A DNA stretch of 64,000 bases from Mobula hypostoma (taxonomy: Eukaryota): positions 137,580,001 through 137,644,000 of the forward strand of contig NC_086097.1 in the NCBI RefSeq assembly GCF_963921235.1, read 5' to 3'. Positions 1 through 11,984 of the stretch are shown in pieces; within the stretch, counting starts at the first letter, position 1; every line of letters starts with the position of its first letter. Both the position numbers and the translations under genes were made by a program. The notes below the pieces were generated by a model. The model was given only the letters and a program-made list of their open reading frames with translations, made no database searches and was not told the DNA's origin.

Positions 1-1146
1 TAGTAACGTCTCAGTAATTGTGCTTTAACTCTCCGAGTTTTCCAAAGTGTAACTAAATACCCAAATTTCAGGGACACATCATCAAGATGATATCAATATT
101 TAATATATAACTAATAAAATAAACTATCAGTATCTTCAATATGCTATTAATGTATGATTGATAACTGATAATGTATATATTATCAATGTTCTGAGAAAAT
201 CTGTATCTAAGCTAAAGCATTTGTATTTGAGGTACTGTTGTATGTCGATTCTTTCTTATTGTAGTTCATTTCAGCTTTTGTATTTCAGACGACTCCTGGG
301 TATCCTAAGTTGGCATATTTTTGACAACGTTTCGTCCTTTGCTCTTAATAGATCCGATTCTAGCCTCTAAAGTGACCTTGTTTTAGAGGAACACAAAGCT
401 AATCTTTCAAGTTATGGTGGCATTTAATGGAATGGCTGGAGGGAAATTTTTATTTGAGGGGGAAAAATGCTTTTAAAGTTTATCATTGTAAGATGTTGAC
501 AAAGATTTACACCTGCTGAAAATGTGAAACTAGCTACCTAAGGAAGTAAATGAGGTGATTACGATAAGCAGTGACTGGACAAGTGTATGAGAAAGAGAAG
601 AATGGAGGGTTTGTCTCTTAACTCTAGATAAGAAAAAATGGGACAAGGGTTGAACCACGGATGGACTGGTTTGAACCACAAACTGGTTTTTATCTCATTA
701 TACTCTCACGGTAACTTCTAAATTACTTCTTAAGTACATAAAATTATATAGATTACAACTTTAAGAACTAAACTAATATACTTTAAATCACTTTAAGGTC
801 ATCCAACCCTACAGATTTACCTAACATGGTGAATTACATTCCAGTGTAATGCAGAATTCAGACAATGCTATACTGGAGTCTTAGGGATGACACAGTTAGT
901 CAAAGTCCCATCTATCCTCTGAAGTTATCACATGTCACTTTTTGAATAATAGGAGTACTCCCTGAAGTCCCAATTTTAAATGAAGCCTTTTGGATGCTTT
1001 ATCTATATTGACTGATACATGATATTATCAATATCTCAATCTCTTGAAAAGAAAAATAATAGACATTTACAAAACTTTGGAGCCTTGAAATTTACTTGTG
1101 AATGTTCTAAGATATAACCATCAAATAATCTAAAGCAAGAATCAAT

Positions 1147-1209
1147 CTTTCTCTCTCTATCTCTCTCTCTATCTCTCTATCTCTATCTCTATCTCTATCT
1201 CTCTCTCTA

Positions 1210-1241
<32 letters not shown>
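1147..1241. repeat. Compound (CT)n/(CTAT)n/(AT)n microsatellite
   Basis: ctctctctat... grading into atatatatat, read directly. Confidence 0.95.
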
Positions 1242-1339
1242 ATTATATCAAAATTTAAAAAATGCTTTATACATGTATCTCTAATGTAAAATTATATTAA
1301 ATAAAATCTTAAATTGTTCTACATCAAAAAAAGGATTAT

Positions 1340-2095
1340 GGAAGCATTCAGCAGGTCAGGGAATATTGATCGAGAAACAGATTTAACATTTCAGTACTGA
1401 GACCTTTCATCAAAACTGGGAAAGAGTGAAAGCAAGTCAGTTTTCAGAAACAGAGAACATTGGGGAAAGATGGGTAGAACACAGGGAATACCTCTAATAG
1501 GTTGAGACAATGTGACAGTTAGAATCAGAAAGTTTCTGTTTCAGTGTTATGTACTGCTAATTGCAGATCCATCGGACATGTCAGCAGGCTAGACTAATTG
1601 AAAGAGAGAAACAGATGGACGACAGGCAGAAGTGCCAGTTCAGATGCGGACAGAAAGAAAGAGCGTGTTACCCAAAGTGGGAGTATTCAGTACTTAGTCC
1701 AGACGGCTGCAAAGTGACCAAGTGGAGGATGAACTGTTGTTCCCACTCAGGCTTGTGCTGATTTAGTCTGTAGTACTGTAGGAGTTTGCAGACAGATGGG
1801 TCAGTGGAACTGAGTGGGGAATTAAAGGAGAGAGATCAAGCCTGTAGGCCAAGAAGGCTGCACAACATAAGATTGACAAAGAAGCATAAACTGATTCAGA
1901 CTGAGAAAGTCATTTGGTCACATTTTATTAGAGCTATTCCTTTATTCTACCTATCACTCACCTGCCTTTTGTTTTTGAAAAGATGGCCCTGAAATGTTAA
2001 ACCTGTTGCTCTTTCCACTGGTGTTGCCCAAAATGCTGAGTGTTTCCAGCAATATCTTTTTTTATTTTGGATTTCCAGCATCTGAAGTTTTCTGT
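1340..2095. mobile_element. Highly degenerate Penelope-like terminal-repeat fragments (minus at ~1340-1420, plus at ~1960-2095)
   Basis: cagcaggtcagg...gacctttcatcaaaactgg and ctgaaatgttaa...tgctgagtgtttccagc resemble the better-preserved termini at 15470-16183. Confidence 0.5.
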
Positions 2096-2220
2096 TTTTC
2101 ATTAATTATTCTACATACTTTGTTCAACGTAACACAGTGGTATTTTTTTGTTTTAATTTATAGGCCATTCGAGGTGCTGGGCACTATGTTTATGCTGATC
2201 AACCAGAAGACTTCAATCAA

Positions 2221-2545
2221 ACAGTACTGAGAATCTGCAGTACTGTAGATTAGTGATCAGCCATGATTGGGAATGTGTGGTACTGCAGTAACATGTAGTT
2301 TAGGCAGCGCTGGATACCTAATGGACTAATAATTGGGGAATACTAGAAATCTACAGTATTGTACATTAACAGATTCTACTGGGAATTTTGCAGTCCTGTA
2401 GATCAATAATCAGGCAGCAGTGGATATTTACTGTATTGTAGGCAGTACAGCAAATTTTCTGTACTGCTCATTAGCAATTCAACAACACCGGATATCTACA
2501 GTATTGCACATCAACTACACTGAATATCTTCAGTACTGTTGACTA
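2221..2545. repeat. Degenerate ~29-40 bp tandem array with palindromic core ATCTACAGTACTGTAGAT
   Basis: Core variants start at about 2233, 2273, 2349, 2386, 2426, 2455, 2494 and 2526. Confidence 0.7.
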
Positions 2546-3118
2546 ACTTATACATTTTTAATTCAAAGTGTAATAAATGCAAACAAAATTAATATAAAAT
2601 AGTTTAGAATGAAAGGTAAAATACAAGGAGGAACTTTGATGAAATTAGCAATCTAAGACTATGGCAGTACATTCTGTGTTTGTTAAAAATTAGTGAACCT
2701 TTTTAGTATTACTATACCAAATTTTATTCTTAATTGTTTCTACCACAAAGTATTATTTTGTGCAATATTAATACTGATAAATTATAACTAATAACTATTT
2801 AATATATTTGCATTATTTCAGTTCACAGTGATTATAAAGATATTTGTTTTGATGGAAAATATAAACACCATTGAAAAATGCTAATTGAAATTGGCACTTA
2901 ACCATAATTTGGGTGATTATTTTTGAAGCTTGTTTTTCACTACTGTTATATTAATTTACTGTATGTTTTTTCTTATATACTTATATTAGCTGCACTCCAG
3001 AAAGTACTTGTGAGATACACATACACCTTAAGATTCACGGTTAATTGCTGTATTAGTGCTACATTTTCCTATCTTTATTCAAAAATTATTCAGTCCTCTG
3101 TACCAGAGATATAACATT

Positions 3119-3950
3119 ATAAGACATAGGAGCAGAATTAGGCCGTTCAGCTCCGCTATTCCATCATGGCTGATTTCTTTTCCTTCTCAACCCCATTTTC
3201 TTACCATTTTCCCCATAACCTTCGATGCCCTGACTAATCAAGGACCTATCAAACTCCGCTTTAAATATACCCAATGCCTTGGCCTTCACAGCCATCTGCA
3301 GCAATGAAATTCACAGATTCACTACCATCTGGCTAAAGAAATTCCTTCTCATCTCTGTTCTAAAAACAAGTCCCTCTATTCTGAGGTTGTGCCATCTGGT
3401 GTTAGACTCCCCCACTACAGCAAACAGCCACTCTATGTAGGCCTTTCAATATTCGAAAGGGTCAGTGAGATCTCCCCTCATTCTTCTAAACTCATCAAAC
3501 GTGCCTCACAAGTTAACCCTTTCATTCCTGGAATCATTCTTATGACCCTCATCTGGGCCCTCTCCAATGCCAGCACATCTCTTTTTAGATAAGGGCTCCA
3601 AAACTGCTCACAATGCTCCAAGTGATGTCCGACCAATGCCTTCTAAGGCCTCAGTAATACATCCTTGCTTTTATATTCTAGTTCTCTTGAAATTAATGCT
3701 AACATTGTATATGCCTTTGTTATCACTGACTCAAGCTGCAAGATAACCTTTGCACTTCTCATTATGGAATTTTCTTGCCATTTAGAAAATAGTCTTTAGT
3801 CCTCCTACCAAAGTAGGGGCTCTCCCTGCACCTCCACCTATCTTTGTATTGTCCGCAAACTTGGCCACAAAGCCATCAATTCTGACATGTCACTTGAAAA
3901 GAAGCAGTCCCAACACCGACCCCTACAGAAAACTACTTGGCACTGACAGT
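3119..3950 (-). mobile_element. CR1-type LINE, 3' part, degenerate
   Basis: Begins with the reverse-complement tail aagacataggagcagaattaggcc, then antisense RT C-terminal sequence similar to the element at 8341-9781. Confidence 0.85.
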
Positions 3951-5259
3951 AAATCTACTCATCAGAAAGCTCAGTAAAATATTGAGCGAGGCTAGGGTGA
4001 ACCAAGTGAAGCCAATCGGAAGTTCCCTTTGTCTGATCTATCCGCTCCGCACCCAGTCGTCTCTGCAAGAAAAACCAGCTTAGCTTTGCACTCTCCCAGT
4101 TCTAACTTTGAAGGGTCTAGGACTTGAAAAGATCTCTATTTCAGGCCCCGCAGATGCCTGCTGACCTACTGACTGTGCCCAGCATTTACCGTTCAGTTAT
4201 TATTGCAGGAAAGTCTCTGAGTCCCACAAGTAGGCTGCGGGCAGGTGGGATTGGTGAGCGAAGCGCCAGGACTGCTCGGTGTGATCATTGCTTGTGGATA
4301 TTCTGCAGCTTGTACAGATTCTTACCCCAGAATCTGACCCCTACCTCAGATCTGACTAAATCCGTGCTGCAATGCTCCACTCCTACCTGCTGCCAATGTC
4401 CGGAAAACTTTGTTGCAGGAAGAATTGTGCATTGGTACTTTCATTTGTTTCATTTTTAAATAACAGTTTATTAACATAAGAGTATTAGATCCATAAACAG
4501 AACAAAACTGTAAACCATATAAGACATGCAACGGCCGTATAACTTACCAAGGGCACATTGGTATAACATGGAAGAAGATAAATAGCAGTATTTTTCATCT
4601 CATAGACATAATGTTGCACACATATTTGTCCTAAACTAATTATAGGCAGGTTTAAGTGGTTACACAGCTTTGTCACATTCAATGAAATAGGTGACACAAG
4701 AATGCATTGCTATAGGTTAGGAAGCATCCAGAGGATCCCAAGCCTATTTCCATTGTAAACCAGCCCTTTGGGTTTATAATGGCTGTGGAACAAGTCTAAA
4801 TGATAATTATATAGAACAGTAATACATTATGGAATCTGTATATATTTACGTAAATATTTTTATTATTCTATACATGCATACAGTTTCATAGAAAAATAAA
4901 TGTCAAAATGTTATGCTTACACAGACCATGTAGCGGATTGAACGTTTGCTGGTTCCTAGAGAAGTATTGCCATTTATCCCACTTCCTCTCTCATTTCCCT
5001 GTTTCCCTGCAACTAATTCTCTCTTAAGTGTCCAATAACTCCCTTTTTGGCACTTAACTACACCAAAGGGCAATTGCAGTCATCAGAAATTGTCTTTGGG
5101 GTTGTGGAAGAAATCTGGAGCACCCAGAGGAAACCATGTGATCATGGAAGGAATGTGTATTCTGTAAGTAGATAGAATACAAGATCAAGTTTGAACCCAC
5201 GTCATGAGACATGAGGTGCTAGTTGCACAACCATGATACTAAGTGAAGGATAACAGCAA

Positions 5260-5570
5260 CATAGTGGTAACGTCTCTGGATTATTTATCCAGAGCCATGA
5301 GTTCAAATCCCACTATGACAGCTAAGGAGTTTAAATAAATCTGAATATGCATTAATAAAATCTAGTCTCAGTAATGGCAACTATAAAACTAGTGTTCTCT
5401 CATTGAAAATACATAGAATCCCCATCATGGAAAGAAATCTACTGTCCTTGTCTGGTCTCAACAAAATGTGTCTTCAGGCCCGCCAATGTGCATGACTTTC
5501 ATCTACATTTTAGGGGTAGTTATAAATTCCAGCAGCACCACTATTATCCACATCCAGTGAATGAGCAAAC
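5260..5570 (+). mobile_element. Old tRNA-headed SINE with CR1-like tail (related minus copy at ~56450-56660)
   Basis: A-box-like tagtggtaa and B-box-like gagttcaaatccc. The tail ccagc...ccacatccagtgaatga resembles the LINE end at ~17110-17140. Confidence 0.55.
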
Positions 5571-6089
5571 AAAATAATGAATCTTCTAAGTCCATTTACA
5601 TTTGTGTGTACGTAGACTTAGGAAAGTGTTACATACGTATTTTCTTTTAAGCTTGCAAAGACGTGTCCAACAGACTAGAAAATTTGCAACTCTTTATTAA
5701 TGTGCTCAGGATCCATTCTCAAGAACTTGCAAAATGAATATTTGAACAGCTATTTTGTTTTTTTTCCCTTTTAAAATGCTATCTATATTTCTGAGGTGGG
5801 AATAGAAGTGGTGTAGTGATGAGATGGTATATGTGTTATAGTGAACAAATGCTGCATCAGAGAAGGTAGGTCATTTAAGTGAGACTGCATAATCTGTAGA
5901 GACCTGCTACACGATTCCCATTCTTCCTAGTGTGCAGCTGTAAATATCAGACCTCGGCAAACAACAGCAACAACCTGCAGCCCAGCCTTTGGAGGGTGCC
6001 TGTATGGCCTTGCATTTACAGAGGCATTAGAAACATCAGTTTATAAAGAAAATTGCCTTTTTATTGATGGCTTTTAACAGCTTGCTTGT

Positions 6090-7155
6090 GAGGACCACCT
6101 ATGATTCGGCCAATGACAGTGGTGGGGCATCAGCATCTGGGAGGGAGATTGAAAATCTGGTTGAGTGGTACCACAACAATAACATCTCATTCAATGTCAG
6201 CAAGACCAAGGAGATAATTATTGACTTCAGGAGGAGGAAATTGGAGATCACTGGGCCAGTCCTCATCAGGAAATCAGATGTGGAGAGGGTCAGCAACTTT
6301 AAATTACCTGACAAACTTAAGTATGGCATTGGAGTTGTGCTTAGCCTCACAGTCATAAATATAAAATGAGTAGAGCAGGGTTCTAAGCAAACAGGCGTGT
6401 GGTACACCTGTGCTGAGGGAGATTGTGGAGGAGATATTGTGGCAAATCCAAACTGACTGGGGTCTGTAAGTGAGGAAATGGAGGATCCAGTTGCACAAGG
6501 AGGTATTGAAGCCTGGGTCTTGAAGCTTATTGATTTAGGTTTGAGGAGATTATAGTGTTAAATGTCAAGCAGTGGTCAATGAAGAGCAACTTGATGTATG
6601 CATCTTTGCTGTCTGTATGTTCTAGGAGTGAGTGTAGAGACAATGAAATGGCATCTGCTGTGATGGTAGGAAAATTGGGGTGAATCTAAGTCACGTCTCA
6701 GGCAGTAGTTGATATGTTTCATAACCAGCCTCTCAAAGCACTTCATCACAGTGGATGTAAGTGCTACTGGATGATAATCATTGAAGCAGGTCATCATGTT
6801 CTTCACACCTGAATTATTGAAGCCTCCTTGAAGCATGTGAGTACCTCAAACTGCCAAAGTGAGAGATTAAAGATATCAGTGAACATTCCAGCTAGTTGAT
6901 CAGCACAGGTCATTAGTACTCAGCCCGGTACCCCATCTGGACCGGATGCTTTCTGTGGGTTCACCCTCCTGAGGGATGTTGTCTTGTTGGCCTCAGAGAC
7001 TGAAATCACAGGGTCAATGGGGGCTGTGGGAACTTGTGAAGGTGTCCCCATGTTTTGATGGTCATAGCAAGCATAAAAGGCATTGAGCTCATCTGAAAGC
7101 AAAGCCTTGCTGTCACCTATGTTGCTTAATTTCACCATGTAGGGGGTGATAACAT
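6090..7155. mobile_element. Rex1/Babar-type (CR1-group) LINE RT fragment with internal inversion
   Basis: The minus strand encodes KASGPDGVPG, DYHPVALTSTVMKCFERLV and LSTGVP...ILKF. Plus strand 6120-6305 encodes EWYHNNNISFNVSKTKEIIIDFR. Confidence 0.85.
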
Positions 7156-8340
7156 TCACATATTAAAATCCTTAAAGAGATGCCTTTTAAAAAGGATAGA
7201 TGGAAAAGTTTAAATAGTCCTTTAAAAAGAGAAATCTTAAAGTGAAGTTCTTTAAAAGGGATAAATGGAAAGGTTTAGAGAGGGAATTTCCCATCTTAGA
7301 ATCCAGTTAGTTGCTGAGCAGAAACAAGATTATATAGGTATGTGTTTTTACCATTCAAGCGAGTTGAATTCAGAAAATATTGTACATACTTGCCTTGCCA
7401 AACAACCTTACAACTCTTCCCAAATAAGCCATTATTGCAGTTCCCTGGCAAACTATTATACATATTTTCAGCCTTGCTGTGAAATCTTTCATCTATACAT
7501 GCAGATTTCACTCTTTTCCACAGCAGCAGGAGAATTGGAATCTATACTTATACAGGTTTGCGTTGTTTGGCTAAAGAACCAGAGGTGTCTTGAGAGTTGT
7601 GATCTGAAATCCACTGTCTGAAAGAGCAGTGGAAGCAGATCAGTAAGAGCTTCCAAAGGGAATTGCACAGCCCCTGTTGACGGTGCAATGAGAAAAGAGC
7701 AGGAGAGTGGGATTAATTGGTAGCTCTGCCAAAGATTCAGCACTGGTACAATGGGTCCAAGTTACATTCTGTCTTAGAGCATTGGATGTTCACCTTGAAT
7801 ATGTACTATTTGAGTGCATAAAGCATGCTTAATGAAGATTTCCTCAGAGTATTCCAAACTGCAGCCTACATTCTTTGTAAACTTTCCTCATTTTATTTTA
7901 CAAGTAAGACAGACGAAACCTTCCATTCATTATCACTGTGTCCTTGAACAGCTTAGCAAGATTTTGTTTTTTCCCCGCTAGGGTTTTGAGTTTTCCACAT
8001 TACTATTCATGCTGTAGCTTTTGCTAAGCCAAGTCAAGGGATGCAGTTAGTTGAGCCTTGATCATGTTCCTGGAAAGGGCCAACAAAAACCAAAGTGGGA
8101 TTTGAGACCTCATATTTCTAAAATGGCGAATTACTGAAGCTATTCACTTATCATACCAGTTTTAAATTTTAGTAATGATCCTTAAGATAGGTTTTAGAAG
8201 GGATATTAAATAAGACAATTGGGCTTCACTCAGCGAGAAGGTAGAAGGAAGGAGCAGAGAAGGATAACTCCTCATCGCTTTAGCTCCACACAAAAAAAAA
8301 TTCTTATTTATAATTCTTATTCTTATTTTAAAAAAGGAGG

Positions 8341-9781
8341 CACTTTTTAAAAAAGGAGGGAGAGAGAAACCGGGGAATTATAGGCCGGTTAGCCTAACGT
8401 CGGTGGTGGGGAAACTGCTGGAGTCAGTTATCAAGGATGTGATAACAGCACATTTGGAAAGCGGTGAAATGATCGGACAAAGTCAGCATGGATTTGTGAA
8501 AGGAAAATCATGTCTGACGAATCTCATAGAATTTTTTGAGGATGTAACTAGTAGAGTGGATAGGGGAGAACCAGTGGATGTGGTATATTTGGATTTTCAA
8601 AAGGCTTTTGACAAGGTCCCACACAGGAGATTAGTGTGCAAACTTAAAGCACATGGTATTGGGGGTAAGGTATTGGTGTGGGTGGAGAATTGGTTAGCAG
8701 ACAGGAAGCAAAGAGTGGGAATAAACGGGACCTTTTCAGAATGGCAGGCGGTGACTAGTGGGGTACCGCAAGGCTCAGTGCTGGGACCCCAGTTGTTTAC
8801 AATATATATTAATGACTTGGATGAGGGAATTAAATGCAGCATCTCCAAGTTTGCGGATGACACGAAGCTGGGTGGCAGTGTTAGCAGTGAGGAGGATGCT
8901 AAGAGGATGCAGGGTGACTTGGATAGGTTGGGTGAGTGGGCAAACTCATGGCAGATGCAATTTAATGTGGATAAATGTGAAGTTATCCACTTTGGTGGCA
9001 AAAATAGGAAAACAGATTATTATCTGAATGGTGGCCGATTAGGAAAAGGGGAGGTGCAACGAGACCTGGGTGTCATTATACACCAGTCATTGAAAGTGGG
9101 CATGCAGGTACAGCAGGCGGTGAAAAAGGCGAACGGTATGCTGGCATTTATAGCGAGAGGATTCGAGTACAGGAGCAGGGAGGTACTACTGCAGTTGTAC
9201 AAGGCCTTGGTGAGACCACACCTGGAGTATTGTGTGCAGTTTTGGTCCCCTAATCTGAGGAAAGACATCCTTGCCATAGAGGGAGTACAAAGAAGGTTCA
9301 CCAGATTGATTCCTGGGATGGCAGGTCTTTCATATGAAGAAAGACTGGATGAACTGGGCTTGTACTCGTTGGAATTTAGAAGATTGAGGGGGGATCTGAT
9401 TGAAACGTATAAGATCCTAAAGGGATTGGACAGGCTAGATGCGGGAAGATTGTTCCCGATGTTGGGGAGGTCTAGAACGAGGGGTCACAGTTTGAGGATA
9501 GAGGGGAAGCCTTTTAGGACCGAGGTTAGGAAAAACTTCTTCACACAGAGAGTGGTGAATCTGTGGAATTCTCTGCCACAGCAAACTGTTGAGGCCAGTT
9601 CATTAGCTATGTTTAAAAGGAAGTTAGATATGGCCCTTGTGGCTACAGGGGTCACGGGGTATGGAGGGAAGGCTGGGTTCTGAGTTGGATGATCAGCCAT
9701 GATCATAATAAATGGCGGTGCAGGCTCGAAGGGCCGAATGGCCTACTCCTGCACCTATTTTCTATGTTTCTATGTTTCTAT
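8341..9781 (+). mobile_element. Young 5'-truncated CR1 LINE
   Basis: Uninterrupted RT frame, short 3' UTR with gaagggccgaatggcctactcctgc, and (TTTCTATG)n tail at ~9759-9781. Confidence 0.97.
8403..9683 (+). CDS. CR1 ORF2 reverse-transcriptase C-terminal part (5'-truncated, no endonuclease; frame open from 8343)
   Basis: Motifs QHGFVKGKSCLTNL, YLDFQKAFDKVPH, SGVPQGSVLGPQLF, KFADDTKL and RPHLEYCVQFWSP. In-frame upstream sequence LFKKGGREKPGNYRPVSLTS. Confidence 0.9.
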   Translation: MVGKLLESVIKDVITAHLESGEMIGQSQHGFVKGKSCLTNLIEFFEDVTSRVDRGEPVDVVYLDFQKAFDKVPHRRLVCKLKAHGIGGKVLVWVENWLADRKQRVGINGTFSEWQAVTSGVPQGSVLGPQLFTIYINDLDEGIKCSISKFADDTKLGGSVSSEEDAKRMQGDLDRLGEWANSWQMQFNVDKCEVIHFGGKNRKTDYYLNGGRLGKGEVQRDLGVIIHQSLKVGMQVQQAVKKANGMLAFIARGFEYRSREVLLQLYKALVRPHLEYCVQFWSPNLRKDILAIEGVQRRFTRLIPGMAGLSYEERLDELGLYSLEFRRLRGDLIETYKILKGLDRLDAGRLFPMLGRSRTRGHSLRIEGKPFRTEVRKNFFTQRVVNLWNSLPQQTVEASSLAMFKRKLDMALVATGVTGYGGKAGF

Positions 9782-11984
9782 AACAATTGCAGGATTAGTG
9801 CAGATTTCTGAGCCCAGATCATTGTGGGAATATCAGCTTTTAAAGAGTTCTTCATTAACTCAAGCATTGTCATGTTTTAGTGGCCTGAAGCCTATATTTA
9901 GGGATCCTTTGTTTATTGGTTGGCTGGGGCACAGGCTATCCCACTGCTAAATTGCATAGTACTTGCTAATATCTTCACTTAATTAAATCCAACATTGTAA
10001 AATAACCAGAATTATAGATAGTGTGATAGGTTGGTACTCTGTATAAATTCATTACCACTTCTTAATCTCCATGCTTCACCCTCCTGTGACAATCTCCCCA
10101 AGAAATTGCAACATTGACAACCCATTGGTCAAAGAGAACGTCAGGTTATAAAGAGAAATTCCAGGATGACTGACCTTTTCAAATGTCTGTATTCTTGAGA
10201 TGATGCTAATTTTTAAACAATTATGGGATTGCCTGTGCATTGTTGCATATGTTCATTCCTTTGCAAATCTGCTTCAATTTTGAAATTCAACGTAAGATTT
10301 TCAGGTATTACCAAGATTTTTATTAATCCTGGTTTTAAAAGAATCACAAGGTAATTTGGAGACCAATTCAGAAAAACATGGGCAGCCTTAGAGAGGGAGA
10401 TCCAGAGCCTGGACAAATGAAAGTGAAACCAACCATGGTGGCCCTGAATGTGGAGAGTGATAAGAGAAAAAGCAAACAGTGGGAGAATACTGCACTCGAT
10501 CATTCTGGATGACATTTGGTAGAGGAAAGTGGCACGTGAAATCATTTAGTTGGACTAACAGAAATGGCAGTCAGTGTCAGATGCCCTCACATTAGCAGCT
10601 CTCCAGATCTGAGGGATTATAGGTAGCTCATCCTGGTAGCTTTACCAGGATTAGGAGTGTAATGGTTTCAAGTAACGGGTGAGGTAGCTGACTTACAATT
10701 ACATGCATGCGGTGGAAAAAGAAAACCCAAAGATTGACCAGTTGGGAGCTTGAAATTAAAGAAATAGAAAGGAGCATCTTCCCCAATAGATGCGGGATTG
10801 GTACACATGTTTGATCAGGGAGTAAGTGATGTGGTAGGAAGGGTCTGGCATTCAGACCATTCCCAAATTTGCATTACCTATCCTGAATGGAGGATGGGTT
10901 CCATACTTGAATTTGTGGATTAATATTCAAATTCATTGGTCAAATCAGCATCAGCAAACAGAAGTCTGAAATCGTTCTGACGGATTTCCAGTAAGGGATT
11001 TCGTTTCTGAATTTTGAACAATGCATTTACACCCATGCATTTGGTTAGAAGCTGTGTAATATGTCAAACTGTCCCATCAGAACAATATAGAACACAATCC
11101 ATTCAAAGGGAAAATCAGATTGTTTCTCAGTATCTTTAACACGTGCATTTATTGATCTGAATTGACATATCAGCCTGAAAATTCATCTTAATGACAATTT
11201 TCTCTTTTATTTTTATAAATAAATTTAAATTATTTCATAAGTGCTTTTCCCTTTTCACTTTCCCTATTTGAATGTCAATAAAAACTCAAGATCTGAGGAT
11301 GCTCTGCATTACTGAAGTCAACACATGTCACACTAGTGACTGAAAACTCTTAACTGTGAAAGACTGATAATGACTACTCATCTGCCTCTCAGCTCCTCTG
11401 GAAATAGAAACATTTCTGGCAAAGAGTGCAATCAATACGATTTTTGTTGGATAAGGATACAAAGGAAAAGGATCAAAGAAAGACAAGGTGCAGATCTGCA
11501 ATAATCTGATTGGCAGAGCAAACTCTAGGGGCTTAATACCATTTTATATATTTATTTGTTCTAATTTTAAATGTTAATCTGTAGAGATGCTGACTAGTTT
11601 GATTGTTATTTGTTGTATATTGCTTTGGATGATTTCCAATATTTGGATTTTTTTCCTTTATTATTTCCATTGTTATCTAAATTTGTTATTTCCAAACATA
11701 TTCATGTTTGGCATAAAAGAGACTGCTTGTTCAATTGAGATCTAGTGACTCCCAATGACTGTATTTTGTGCATGACAGAGAAGAGATTGACACATTACAA
11801 CTATGTTTTAACCATGAGATTTAAGTCAGTCAGTGCATCTTTAAATAGAGCATCAATGAAATATAAACCAACAAGATGTTTACTGATGTCTGGTACTAAT
11901 ACAGCATACATCATTCACACTTGCATTGGACGAGTGTTGTGTTTCCTTTGTTTCAGAAGGGCAACAGAGACAAATGAGGAAATT

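Noticed and set aside
2221..2545. CRISPR-like array (palindromic repeats at ~35-bp period)
   Set aside because: Repeats are highly degenerate, linkers are short and mutually similar, there are no cas genes, and the context is vertebrate.
8403..9683. RT ORF as a retron, DGR, group II intron or domesticated host gene
   Set aside because: It has the CR1 ORF2 motifs, CR1 3' UTR and microsatellite tail, is 5'-truncated and has no true ATG start.
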